DNA from: SAR202 cluster bacterium AC-647-P02_OGT_505m
Lineage (GTDB): Bacteria; Chloroflexota; Dehalococcoidia; Lucifugimonadales; UBA826
Reading direction: 5' to 3'
Length of the DNA stretch: 64,000 bases
NCBI GenBank assembly: GCA_009391195.1
Contig: VEXB01000001.1
Span: forward strand, 102,232-166,231
Shown piece by piece: positions 56,530 to 64,000 of the stretch (position 1 is the first letter of the stretch; each line of letters begins with the position of its first letter). The position numbers and the translations under genes were made by a program. The notes beneath the pieces were generated by a model. That model was not told where the DNA came from. It saw only the letters and a list, made by a program, of their open reading frames with translations, and did no database searches.

Positions 56530-57501
56530 TTAAGAATTCAATTTTTTATAGTAGTCAGACACAAATCTCATACTGCGGGAAATTGATGCGTGTTTACCTG
56601 GGTCAGAAACTACTGAGACTAGAATTTCACTAGCCCCAGTTGCAAACAAAAAATCCAACTGCTGCGAAGCTTGGCACTCCATACCACAAACTAAAATTGA
56701 CTCGATCATCTCATCCGTCCACCCTAATTGAGCAGAATTCAAGAAGCCCGCCCTCGCAAACATATTTGAATAAAACGGTATGGTTGGAAAGTACCCTAGT
56801 CTAGATCGAACTCCTCTCTTTCCTTCACTCATATCGTCCGTTACACATAGCGCAACATGCAAAATCAGAGGAGGAGTCGGTCTCTCCGCAGCATTGGAAC
56901 TCTCTTGAAGAATCGTTAATGCTTCGCCTGTCGCATAAGAATGTGGAGTTACCCAACTGATGGCACCATCTGCAAATTTTCCTGCCATTTCATAGGATTT
57001 CGGGCCCAGTGCCGAAGACATCACAGGTACGTCATCAGAAATACCAGTAAGCTCTGAATGAGCAGTGTAATAACGACCCTGAAAGGAAACACTGCCATTG
57101 TGAAGGAGAGATCTCACAATATGCATATATTCCCTGATATGAGTCATGGGACTGTGAAACCTTACTCCAAAAGTACGTTCAACCGTACTATTTATTCCGC
57201 TTCCCAATCCTAAACGGAACCTTCCCGGGGCGATAGAAGAAATCGTAGAAACTTGTTCAGCCGTTGTCACGGGATGGCGTGACCATATCCTCATTATTGA
57301 GGTCCCGAGTAAAATCTCGCTTGTTCTAGCTGCAGCGGCCGCCAACACAGACAAAGAATCTCCTGATCCTCCTCCAGAAGTCAGCCAAACAGCCGGAATA
57401 CCCTCTTGTTCTGCTTCTACTATCGTATCCACTACATACTTGGAGCTAGGTCCAGATATCGCAACTCCCACTATGGTTTTTGGAAGCTTTTCATGACTCA
57501 T
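56530..57501 (-). CDS. LLM-class (luciferase-like) flavin/F420-dependent oxidoreductase
   Basis: 323 aa with the overall layout of the LLM family (GRFRLGLGSG...; C-terminal ...ATGASEILV). Confidence 0.7.
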   Translation of the reverse strand: MSHEKLPKTIVGVAISGPSSKYVVDTIVEAEQEGIPAVWLTSGGGSGDSLSVLAAAAARTSEILLGTSIMRIWSRHPVTTAEQVSTISSIAPGRFRLGLGSGINSTVERTFGVRFHSPMTHIREYMHIVRSLLHNGSVSFQGRYYTAHSELTGISDDVPVMSSALGPKSYEMAGKFADGAISWVTPHSYATGEALTILQESSNAAERPTPPLILHVALCVTDDMSEGKRGVRSRLGYFPTIPFYSNMFARAGFLNSAQLGWTDEMIESILVCGMECQASQQLDFLFATGASEILVSVVSDPGKHASISRSMRFVSDYYKKLNS

Positions 57502-57697
57502 TTAAAAACCTACCATGTAAATATGGCAAAATATAGAAACAGAGAATCTTCTGTCAGGAAAGCTCATATAAAAATTATTCTCCTCCCACCCTATTTTATA
57601 CAACTATTGATGTTTAAAATCATAGTTAAAACTCATTTGTATAAATTAAATGAGTGCAAGTAAAAACCACAATATAGGTAGATTGTGATAGCCATTA

Positions 57698-57726
57698 TTG
57701 GCATATGTAGGGCAAAATGATACACT
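57698..57726 (+). promoter_or_regulatory. Candidate promoter for the PAC2-family gene
   Basis: TTGGCA (57698-703), a 17-nt spacer, then TACACT (57721-26). GGAG lies 6 nt before the ATG at 57758. This is pattern matching only. Confidence 0.3.
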
Positions 57727-57757
57727 CAATTGAAATTAGGACTGTATGGAGCTATGA

Positions 57758-58642
57758 ATGAACGGCTTGATCGTCCACGACATCCCAGAAGTTAAGCATT
57801 CGACTATGATATTGGCCTTTGCAGGGTGGCCTGACGCGGCAGAAGCTGCCACACGGGCTATCAGGTATATGGCAAGAAAATTGCCCACCAAAAAAATTAT
57901 GGAAATCGATCCAGAATATTATTATGACTTCACAGTAAATAGACCCCAAACCAGGATGAACCGCCGGAAAGAAAGAATAATAAAATGGCCAACTAATGAA
58001 TTCCATAGTTATATACCACAAGACGATCCTGCAAATGCCGTCTTACTGTACGTAGGTACAGAGCCAAATCTGAAATGGAAAACATTTTCTAACACCGTCT
58101 TGGAAGCAGCCAGTAAAGTCGGAGTCGAGTTGGTTGTATCCTTAGGATCCCTTTTAGATGCAGTTCCTCACACCCGTGAAGTCAGAATAACAGGTCGCGC
58201 AAGCAATAAAGAACTCAGTAAAAAAGCTCAGTGGCTCGGTATAAAAAACTCTGGCTACCAGGGACCTACAGGTATACATTCCGCTTTTGCAGATGAATGT
58301 AACAGCAGAGAAATACCTCACGCTAACATATGGTGTCATTGTCCCCACTACGTACAAACAACCCCTAATCCAGTGGCAAGCTATGCTCTTCTTGAAAGAC
58401 TCAAGAATTTAATAGATGTTGACGTCGATATGAGCGAACTCGGGTTAGCCGGGCAGGCTTTCCAAGAAGAGGTCACAAAAGCCATATCTAATCAACCAGA
58501 TGTTAAATCCTATGTCACTAAGTTAGAAAATCAATATGATGAGTCTGTAGGCGAGGCAGAGGATATGCCAACTGGTACTGACATGGTGCACGAAATTGAA
58601 GAATTTTTGCGCAGCCAAAGCAGTGGTCCAGAAGGTTCGTAG
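57758..58642 (+). CDS. PAC2-family (proteasome assembly chaperone 2-like) protein
   Basis: 294 aa with the N-terminal MILAFAGWPDAAEAATRAIRYM typical of bacterial PAC2-family proteins, and an acidic C-terminal tail. Confidence 0.6.
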   Translation: MNGLIVHDIPEVKHSTMILAFAGWPDAAEAATRAIRYMARKLPTKKIMEIDPEYYYDFTVNRPQTRMNRRKERIIKWPTNEFHSYIPQDDPANAVLLYVGTEPNLKWKTFSNTVLEAASKVGVELVVSLGSLLDAVPHTREVRITGRASNKELSKKAQWLGIKNSGYQGPTGIHSAFADECNSREIPHANIWCHCPHYVQTTPNPVASYALLERLKNLIDVDVDMSELGLAGQAFQEEVTKAISNQPDVKSYVTKLENQYDESVGEAEDMPTGTDMVHEIEEFLRSQSSGPEGS

Positions 58643-58717
58643 AATTACGAACCAATAAAATACAGATACAGCCAAAGGCAAAACTTTAAATTTAAAGGTT
58701 CAAAACGGTTGTGAAAG

Positions 58718-59065
58718 TTGTCAGTCTTAGAAATTAACCCTTCATACTATAGAGACCTGTTTGCCCAATGGACCTCAACCCATAAGTCTCTCCCTGAATT
58801 CCCAAAAGATCAAAAGGAGCAACTCGTAGCACTCCATTTTGTGATGATGGCCTTCCAAGAAGGAGTCGACTACAGCGAGGAAGATTTAAATCAAGGTATC
58901 AAAGATAGAAACCTCTTTGCAACTGACCACATTCAGATCAGATCAAATTTGATAACCAACGGATTTATAAAGCGAATAAAGGACAAACAGACCGCCTCAT
59001 ATAGACCTTCCCGTCTATTCTTAGATAAAGCCAATTGGGATCCTGCGATCCCTGGGATTTCTTAA
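58718..59065 (+). CDS. Small protein, DUF2087-like
   Basis: 115 aa. EEDLNQGIKDRNLFATDHIQIRSNLITNGFIKRIKDKQTASYRPS resembles the DUF2087 pattern (E.ELN..L......DH..LRR.LVD.G.L.R). Assigned by eye, with a TTG start. Confidence 0.4.
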   Translation: MSVLEINPSYYRDLFAQWTSTHKSLPEFPKDQKEQLVALHFVMMAFQEGVDYSEEDLNQGIKDRNLFATDHIQIRSNLITNGFIKRIKDKQTASYRPSRLFLDKANWDPAIPGIS

Positions 59066-59069
59066 GTCG

Positions 59070-59960
59070 TTGCTAAACAATAAATATCCGCTGGAAAACA
59101 AAGTCAACATAGGAAACCTAGAACTAAGTTACCGAAACTGGGCCCCGGAAGGAAGGCAAATTCTAATGCTTCATGGCCTAGCTTCCAACGCAAGGATCTG
59201 GGATCTTTTGGCTCCAATCTTAGCCAAAAACTTCTCAGTTATTGCTGTGGACCAAAGAGGACATGGAAAATCTGACAGGCCTGACACCGGCTATGATTTT
59301 GATACGGTGACAAATGACGTCGTGGGATTTATAAATGCTTTAAAGCTTAAGAACCCTATTGTTGTGGGACATTCTTGGGGAGGAAGCGTTGCACTTTGCC
59401 TAGCGACACAACGACCAGACCTCATCTCCGGCCTCTGCTTCGTAGACGGAGGCCTAATAGAAATTTCAAGAACTCCTGGTAACAGTTTAGAAAAAGCATT
59501 GGTCAGCATGGCACCACCTCTATGGGAGGGAGTCTCCGCTTCGGATGTTAGAGAACGTCTAAAGAGGCGAGACTGGGGAGAGCAAGACGATACCTCAACA
59601 TCAGCAAATCTTGAGGAAATTGTCATGGCGAATTTGGAGACTCATCCTGACGGAAGTATAAATGCAAGACTTTCTAGGAAGAACCACCTAGAAGTCGTAA
59701 AGGCCTTCTGGAATCACAAACCATCAAAATTATTTGAGCACATCAGATGTCCAACGTTAATCTTGTCAGCGCGAATGGGATCCGAAAATACAGATAGACA
59801 AGTTCTAAAAAATGAACTCTTAAATGAAGCTGCCCAAAAAATAGCCATTAATAAATCTATGTGGCTGGAAAACAGCATCCACGACGTACCAATCCAAAGA
59901 CCGGAATTACTCGCGTCAATCCTAACGAATAATATTGAGAGCGGATTCTTCGGAGAATGA
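59070..59960 (+). CDS. Alpha/beta-fold hydrolase
   Basis: 296 aa with the HG oxyanion motif MLHGLASN, the nucleophile elbow VVGHSWGG and a C-terminal His context NSIHDVP. Confidence 0.8.
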   Translation: MLNNKYPLENKVNIGNLELSYRNWAPEGRQILMLHGLASNARIWDLLAPILAKNFSVIAVDQRGHGKSDRPDTGYDFDTVTNDVVGFINALKLKNPIVVGHSWGGSVALCLATQRPDLISGLCFVDGGLIEISRTPGNSLEKALVSMAPPLWEGVSASDVRERLKRRDWGEQDDTSTSANLEEIVMANLETHPDGSINARLSRKNHLEVVKAFWNHKPSKLFEHIRCPTLILSARMGSENTDRQVLKNELLNEAAQKIAINKSMWLENSIHDVPIQRPELLASILTNNIESGFFGE

Positions 59961-59962
59961 AA

Positions 59963-60229
59963 CTAGACAGCACCTATAACTACTGGCTTCCCTAAAAAAT
60001 AGTACGGGACATTCCAAATCCCTAAAATACCTAAATCCACAACTGCCTTATTAGCATACAATTTCTTTACTATCCCTGAGGACCCGGTGCTAGGTCCACC
60101 CTTAACATTTCCCGTATATAAAACTTTTTGGCCGGGCCCAACACCCCTTGAGTTGATCACGGCTTCACATGGAAAACTTTGATCCATTTCCACAGGCAAT
60201 TTAAGTTGTATCGAATTTGTCTTTTTCAT
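59963..60229 (-). CDS. Hypothetical small protein (88 aa)
   Basis: The ORF ends 2 nt from the convergent hydrolase gene. Its Gly-rich, beta-like composition (GVGPGQKVLYTGNVKGGPSTGSSGIVKKLYANKAVVDLGILGIW) looks like a real protein. The SD is weak. It lies downstream of the LexA-box promoter at 60380-60408. Confidence 0.45.
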   Translation of the reverse strand: MKKTNSIQLKLPVEMDQSFPCEAVINSRGVGPGQKVLYTGNVKGGPSTGSSGIVKKLYANKAVVDLGILGIWNVPYYFLGKPVVIGAV

Positions 60230-60379
60230 TGGTATATGTCCACACTACTACTCTAGTTAAGCCTCTGAATTCGTACACTTTCCATCTATCCCCAAAAGAA
60301 TTTTTATATGGGTTTAGGTGATTTATTTTAATTTTTATGGACATTTATATATTCCTACTTATGGCCACACTTTTAGAAC

Positions 60380-60408
60380 ATTTTAGAACAGAACAAGTGT
60401 TCTGTCAA
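60380..60408 (-). promoter_or_regulatory. Near-consensus sigma70-type promoter with an embedded LexA (Cheo-type) box
   Basis: The minus strand reads TTGACA (60408-60403), the 17-nt spacer GAACACTTGTTCTGTTC, then TAAAAT (60385-60380). The palindrome AGAAC-N4-GTTCT (60390-60403) occupies the spacer and touches the -35 element. Confidence 0.5.
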
Positions 60409-60516
60409 TCCGTGTGTGCCGGCCAAAGCGTTCATACCTATTTTTTCTTCGAATGCTACAATTCCGAGAGACGTAATCTAATGAGATCAAAAGTTTAGGA
60501 AATTTAAACCAATACG

Positions 60517-61272
60517 ATGAGTAGTCGACTGAAAAATAAAGTGGCGATAATAACTGGTGCCGCAAAAGGACAGGGGGAGTTTGAAGCCCGACTTTTCGCT
60601 AGTGAGGGAGCCACTGTCGTTCTTTGCGATATAGATGTAGAGGCTTGTGGTAAAACTGCTGAAGAAATCTCTTCTTCTGGAGGAAGTGCAGTCTCTATGA
60701 CCCTGGATGTTACAAGTGAGCCTAACTGGATAGGGGTCGTAGAACAAACAGTAGAATTTTTTGGAAAACTCGATATTCTCGTTAATAACGCAGGTATCTA
60801 TAGTCGTGTCCCGATCGAAAACGCCTCGGTTGAGGAATTTGATCACATTTTAGAGGTGAACTTGCGCGGAGTTTTCCTTGGAACAAAGCATGCAATACCA
60901 GCTATGAGAACCTCGGGGGGAGGATCTATCATCAACATATCTTCTACCGCTGGGATCGTGGGTAATGTGGGTAGTGGAGCATATGGAGCTTCTAAGGGTG
61001 GTGTTAGGTCTTTTACAAAATATACGGCAATTCAGCATGCCTCCGAAGGAATAAGAGCAAACTCTGTACACCCTGGGCCAATCGATACTGACATGATATC
61101 TGACAATCTTTCTACCGCTGAAGGAAGAAAGTCCACTGAATCACGAATACCGATGGGCCGAGTGGGAAGCATTGAAGACGTCGCAATGGGGGTTTTATTT
61201 TTGGCTACCGATGAATCCTCATACATGACTGGGTCAGAGCTAGTCATAGACGGAGGGATGACCGCTCAATAG
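60517..61272 (+). CDS. Short-chain dehydrogenase/reductase (SDR)
   Basis: 251 aa with the cofactor motif TGAAKGQG, NNAG and the catalytic YGASKGG. Confidence 0.85.
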   Translation: MSSRLKNKVAIITGAAKGQGEFEARLFASEGATVVLCDIDVEACGKTAEEISSSGGSAVSMTLDVTSEPNWIGVVEQTVEFFGKLDILVNNAGIYSRVPIENASVEEFDHILEVNLRGVFLGTKHAIPAMRTSGGGSIINISSTAGIVGNVGSGAYGASKGGVRSFTKYTAIQHASEGIRANSVHPGPIDTDMISDNLSTAEGRKSTESRIPMGRVGSIEDVAMGVLFLATDESSYMTGSELVIDGGMTAQ

Positions 61273-61289
61273 ATCACATGTAAATTGTA

Positions 61290-62111
61290 TTGACTAATAC
61301 CGCACTTAATTTTTTAGATCATATCGATGCCTTTAAATCTTTAATAGGCTTTGCAAAACCAGCCCTATTGATTGACTTTGATGGCACCCTTTCGGAACTG
61401 ACTCCGGACCCATCAGATGCCGTCATAGATCCGATGTGTCTAACTCTTCTCCAAAAACTATCTACTTTTTTACCCGTCATCGCCATTGTTTCAGGAAGAT
61501 CTGTTAAAGACTTACAAACCAAAATTCAACTTAACCAAGTAGAGTTTTATGGGAATCACGGTGCAGAAAAATTCATTTCAGGAAAACTCATAGCCCAATC
61601 GAGGGCGGATATGAATTTAGATCCCATTCGTGAACTCCTGAATTTCCTGAAATCTGAAGTATCTCTGCCAGGCTTAATTTTTGAAGATAAAAGTTTTAGT
61701 GCCTCTGTCCACTACAGGCTCTCCGATAATCATGATTTAGCCAAAGCTACATTAGCTGAAGCTTTAAGGCATGCCCCACATATTCATAGACTGGAAATAT
61801 TTTGGGGGAAAGAAATTCTGGAAATCCGTCTCCTCTCCGGAGTTAACAAAGGTTATGCTGTTCGAGATATATTCAAACGGTACCAACCCGAATCTATTTT
61901 ATTTGTAGGAGATGACACCACTGACATAGACGGAATAGACCAATTTATTAAATTAAGGGATGCTGGGGTAGTTAAAGGACTTACTGTAGCTGTGAAATCT
62001 AAACCTACGAACAAACACCTGCTAAAAAAAGCAGACGCATATGTTGAAAACGTTGAAGGGGTAGGAAAGCTACTGGATTGGGTGCTCAAAAACTGTTCTA
62101 AAAAAGTTTAA
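61290..62111 (+). CDS. otsB: Trehalose-phosphatase (HAD superfamily)
   Basis: 273 aa with LLIDFDGTLSEL (DxDGT), the SGR motif IVSGRS and the C-terminal GDDTTD. TTG start. Confidence 0.7.
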   Translation: MTNTALNFLDHIDAFKSLIGFAKPALLIDFDGTLSELTPDPSDAVIDPMCLTLLQKLSTFLPVIAIVSGRSVKDLQTKIQLNQVEFYGNHGAEKFISGKLIAQSRADMNLDPIRELLNFLKSEVSLPGLIFEDKSFSASVHYRLSDNHDLAKATLAEALRHAPHIHRLEIFWGKEILEIRLLSGVNKGYAVRDIFKRYQPESILFVGDDTTDIDGIDQFIKLRDAGVVKGLTVAVKSKPTNKHLLKKADAYVENVEGVGKLLDWVLKNCSKKV

Positions 62112-62259
62112 TGCTGGGATAATGACTATTACCTACTTGACATACATTTTTATGATTTGCTAGCCTGATCTAAATTGGACGATCCTCCTAGTAGCACGAC
62201 AATAATGGTATTTCTTCAGAGCGATTCATACCGCTCAAGATATGCTGTTGAGTTGACTA

Positions 62260-63624
62260 ATGACTAGGCCATTTCTCGCTAAGGATCTAACTGCCATTAT
62301 CTTAGCCGCTGGTGGCGGCAGCCGTATGAAATCCCAAACACCCAAACCGCTTCACAAGGTTTGCGGAAAAGAAATTCTTAATATGATCCTGGATGCGGTA
62401 GAACTCTCTGGAATAGAATACTCAGTCACAATTGTGCCTTCGGATTATAAATTGTTCGAAATATCGGTTGGAAACAGAACACGATTTGAGGTTCAAGGAC
62501 AAGCAAAAGGTACTGGTCATGCCCTGCTACAAGCGAAAAAAGCGGCCAAAAATTCCCAGTTTATATTGGTTCTAAACGGAGACATTCCCCTAATAAGCCC
62601 TGAAACTATATCGCAACTTATATCTCTCCACCAAGAAAAGGAATCAACTGCCACATTCCTTACAAACAGAAAAGATAATCCCTTAGGCTCCGGTAGGGTA
62701 ATAAGAACCCATAAAGGGGCAGTGGAAGCTATAGTTGAGGAACGTGACGCAGACAGTGAAATTAAGGATGTCACTGAAGTAAATTGTGGGGTTTACTGCT
62801 TCGAAGCACCCTGGGTATGGTCAGCATTGGAATCACTTAAACCCTCCTCAACCAATGAGTTCTATATCACCGATTTGATAGCTCTAGCACTGGAACAGAA
62901 TCTTCGGGTTGAAACTTTAGAAACTGACCGGCAAGAAGAGACCATCAATGTCAATGATCGGATACAACTGGCAGAGGCGGAGGCTCTCCTCCAACAAAAC
63001 ATTAGGGCTAAATGGATGAAGTCCGGAGTCACTTTGGTTGATCCTACGTCCATCTATATAGAGCAGGGCGTTGATATAGGTGAAGATACGTCCATACTAC
63101 CAAATACCCACATACAACAGGGATCCACTATTGGAAGAAATTGCCAGATCGGTCCAGACACTACTGTCAAAGCATCGGCAATTGGAGATAAATCAAAAGT
63201 AACGCATTCAGTTATCGAAAACGCTAGTTTGGGAACGAAAGTATCAGTGGGACCTTTTAGCCGTATTAGAGCCGGAACCGTTCTCGAAAACAATGTATAT
63301 GTTGGTAATCACGCAGAGATTAAAAACAGCACCTTAGGCTCTGAAAGTAAATGTGGCCATTTCAGCTACATAGGTGATGCAATAATTGGAACAAATGTTA
63401 ATCTAGGGGCCGGAACAATAACCTGCAATTATGACGGTGTCACTAAACTTAAGACAGTCATTGGAAACAATGCATTTATTGGTTCCAACACGATGCTTGT
63501 AGCCCCTGTAAATGTCGGTGAGAACGCGGTCACTGGAACAGGATCCATAGTAAATAAAAATGTCCCTGACGGAGCCAGAGCTATAGGAGCACCAGTAAGA
63601 ATAATTCAAGGGGGGAGGTCATAA
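62260..63624 (+). CDS. glmU: Bifunctional UDP-N-acetylglucosamine diphosphorylase / glucosamine-1-phosphate N-acetyltransferase
   Basis: 454 aa with the N-terminal AIILAAGGGSRMKSQTPKPLH and a C-terminal left-handed beta-helix hexapeptide domain. Confidence 0.9.
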   Translation: MTRPFLAKDLTAIILAAGGGSRMKSQTPKPLHKVCGKEILNMILDAVELSGIEYSVTIVPSDYKLFEISVGNRTRFEVQGQAKGTGHALLQAKKAAKNSQFILVLNGDIPLISPETISQLISLHQEKESTATFLTNRKDNPLGSGRVIRTHKGAVEAIVEERDADSEIKDVTEVNCGVYCFEAPWVWSALESLKPSSTNEFYITDLIALALEQNLRVETLETDRQEETINVNDRIQLAEAEALLQQNIRAKWMKSGVTLVDPTSIYIEQGVDIGEDTSILPNTHIQQGSTIGRNCQIGPDTTVKASAIGDKSKVTHSVIENASLGTKVSVGPFSRIRAGTVLENNVYVGNHAEIKNSTLGSESKCGHFSYIGDAIIGTNVNLGAGTITCNYDGVTKLKTVIGNNAFIGSNTMLVAPVNVGENAVTGTGSIVNKNVPDGARAIGAPVRIIQGGRS

Positions 63625-63630
63625 ACGATA

Positions 63631-64000
63631 TTGGATTTGAACATAAATAACGAAAGCCTACCAATCGTAGTGTTCATAATTTCTATTCTTTTATACTCAA
63701 CGATTGGGTTTATTCAATCCGCCCTATCCTCGGTTACAAGAGAGGCAGTATACATATGGAAAAATGAAGGAAGAAATCGGGCGGAAAAATTAGAATCCCT
63801 GTTAAGAAGATTTGATCAATGCAGTTCAGCATTCTCAATATTAAAAGCTGTAACTTTAGCGTTATCAGTTGTTGCAACAAATATCTTAGTTAGTAAAGAA
63901 AGTGGCCAAGCCAATTGGGACATAACACATACGCTCCTGACCACGGCGGTAACCCTGCTTGGTCTCGCTATAGTAGAAACAATTATTAGAACGTGCGTTG
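63631..64000 (+). CDS. DUF21/CNNM-type (hemolysin/CorC-family) membrane protein, 3'-truncated by window edge
   Basis: This ORF is not in the supplied track because it has no stop in the window. The frame is open from the TTG at 63631 to the end: LDLNINNESLPIVVFIISILLYSTIGFIQSALSSVTREAVYIWKNEGRNRAEKLESLLRRFDQCSSAFSILKAVTLALSVVATNIL... This matches the DUF21 N-terminal pattern (TM, SA.E.AL......L...G...A..L..LL......L....I...). Confidence 0.5.
   Translation, partial: MDLNINNESLPIVVFIISILLYSTIGFIQSALSSVTREAVYIWKNEGRNRAEKLESLLRRFDQCSSAFSILKAVTLALSVVATNILVSKESGQANWDITHTLLTTAVTLLGLAIVETIIRTCV

Noticed and set aside
60201-60344. 47-codon minus-strand ORF in the leader downstream of the LexA-box promoter
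   Set aside because: It has an AGGA 8 nt upstream. However, it is very AT-rich at the start, overlaps the 88-aa gene start out of frame, and has no recognisable features. I keep it only as an alternative inside the LexA-box finding, not as a feature.

Overview
This is an AT-rich, very gene-dense 64-kb chromosomal segment with no rRNA, tRNA, CRISPR array or mobile element that I could find. Its content fits a marine Chloroflexota genome (Dehalococcoidia or SAR202-like). That placement is an inference from four things: a Chlor_Arch_YYY/DUF2298 giant membrane protein, an 11-gene nuo operon without nuoEFG, a SufU-type suf operon, and paralogous CaiB-type CoA-transferases, an LLM oxidoreductase and an enolase-superfamily enzyme.

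Left to right, the window holds:
- a 5'-truncated YYY membrane protein and a 285-aa orphan;
- two translationally coupled family III CoA-transferases plus an S9 peptidase;
- a minus-strand form-II coxL-like gene, a MoxR ATPase and dinB;
- rpoB and rpoC, both carrying lineage-specific insertions;
- a cobalamin riboswitch in front of a BtuF/BtuC/BtuD-like ABC importer;
- a gamma-carbonic anhydrase and a TPR lipoprotein;
- a Na+-decarboxylase membrane module (gamma-like, beta and biotin-carrier genes) with no carboxyltransferase;
- Yip1, TatD and an orphan family-5 substrate-binding protein;
- the suf cluster sufB-C-D-U-rrf2-S-U, with sufB broken at a C7 run;
- a YjbQ-family protein, a PNP/UDP-like protein and an atypical polyprenyl synthetase;
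- nuoABCDHIJK, a small DUF2007-like ORF, then nuoLMN;
- nadK, a Nudix hydrolase, an M20 peptidase, an enolase/LLM pair, PAC2, DUF2087, an alpha/beta hydrolase, an 88-aa orphan, an SDR, otsB, glmU and a 3'-truncated DUF21/CNNM gene.

Most of this is housekeeping, and I found no obvious defence or mobile system. The observations most worth follow-up are:
- a Gram-positive-type LexA box inside a near-consensus promoter that points at the 88-aa orphan;
- the small ORF between nuoK and nuoL;
- the sufB homopolymer frameshift;
- the decarboxylase module that lacks a carboxyltransferase;
- the polyprenyl synthetase and nucleosidase-like pair, both with altered catalytic motifs.
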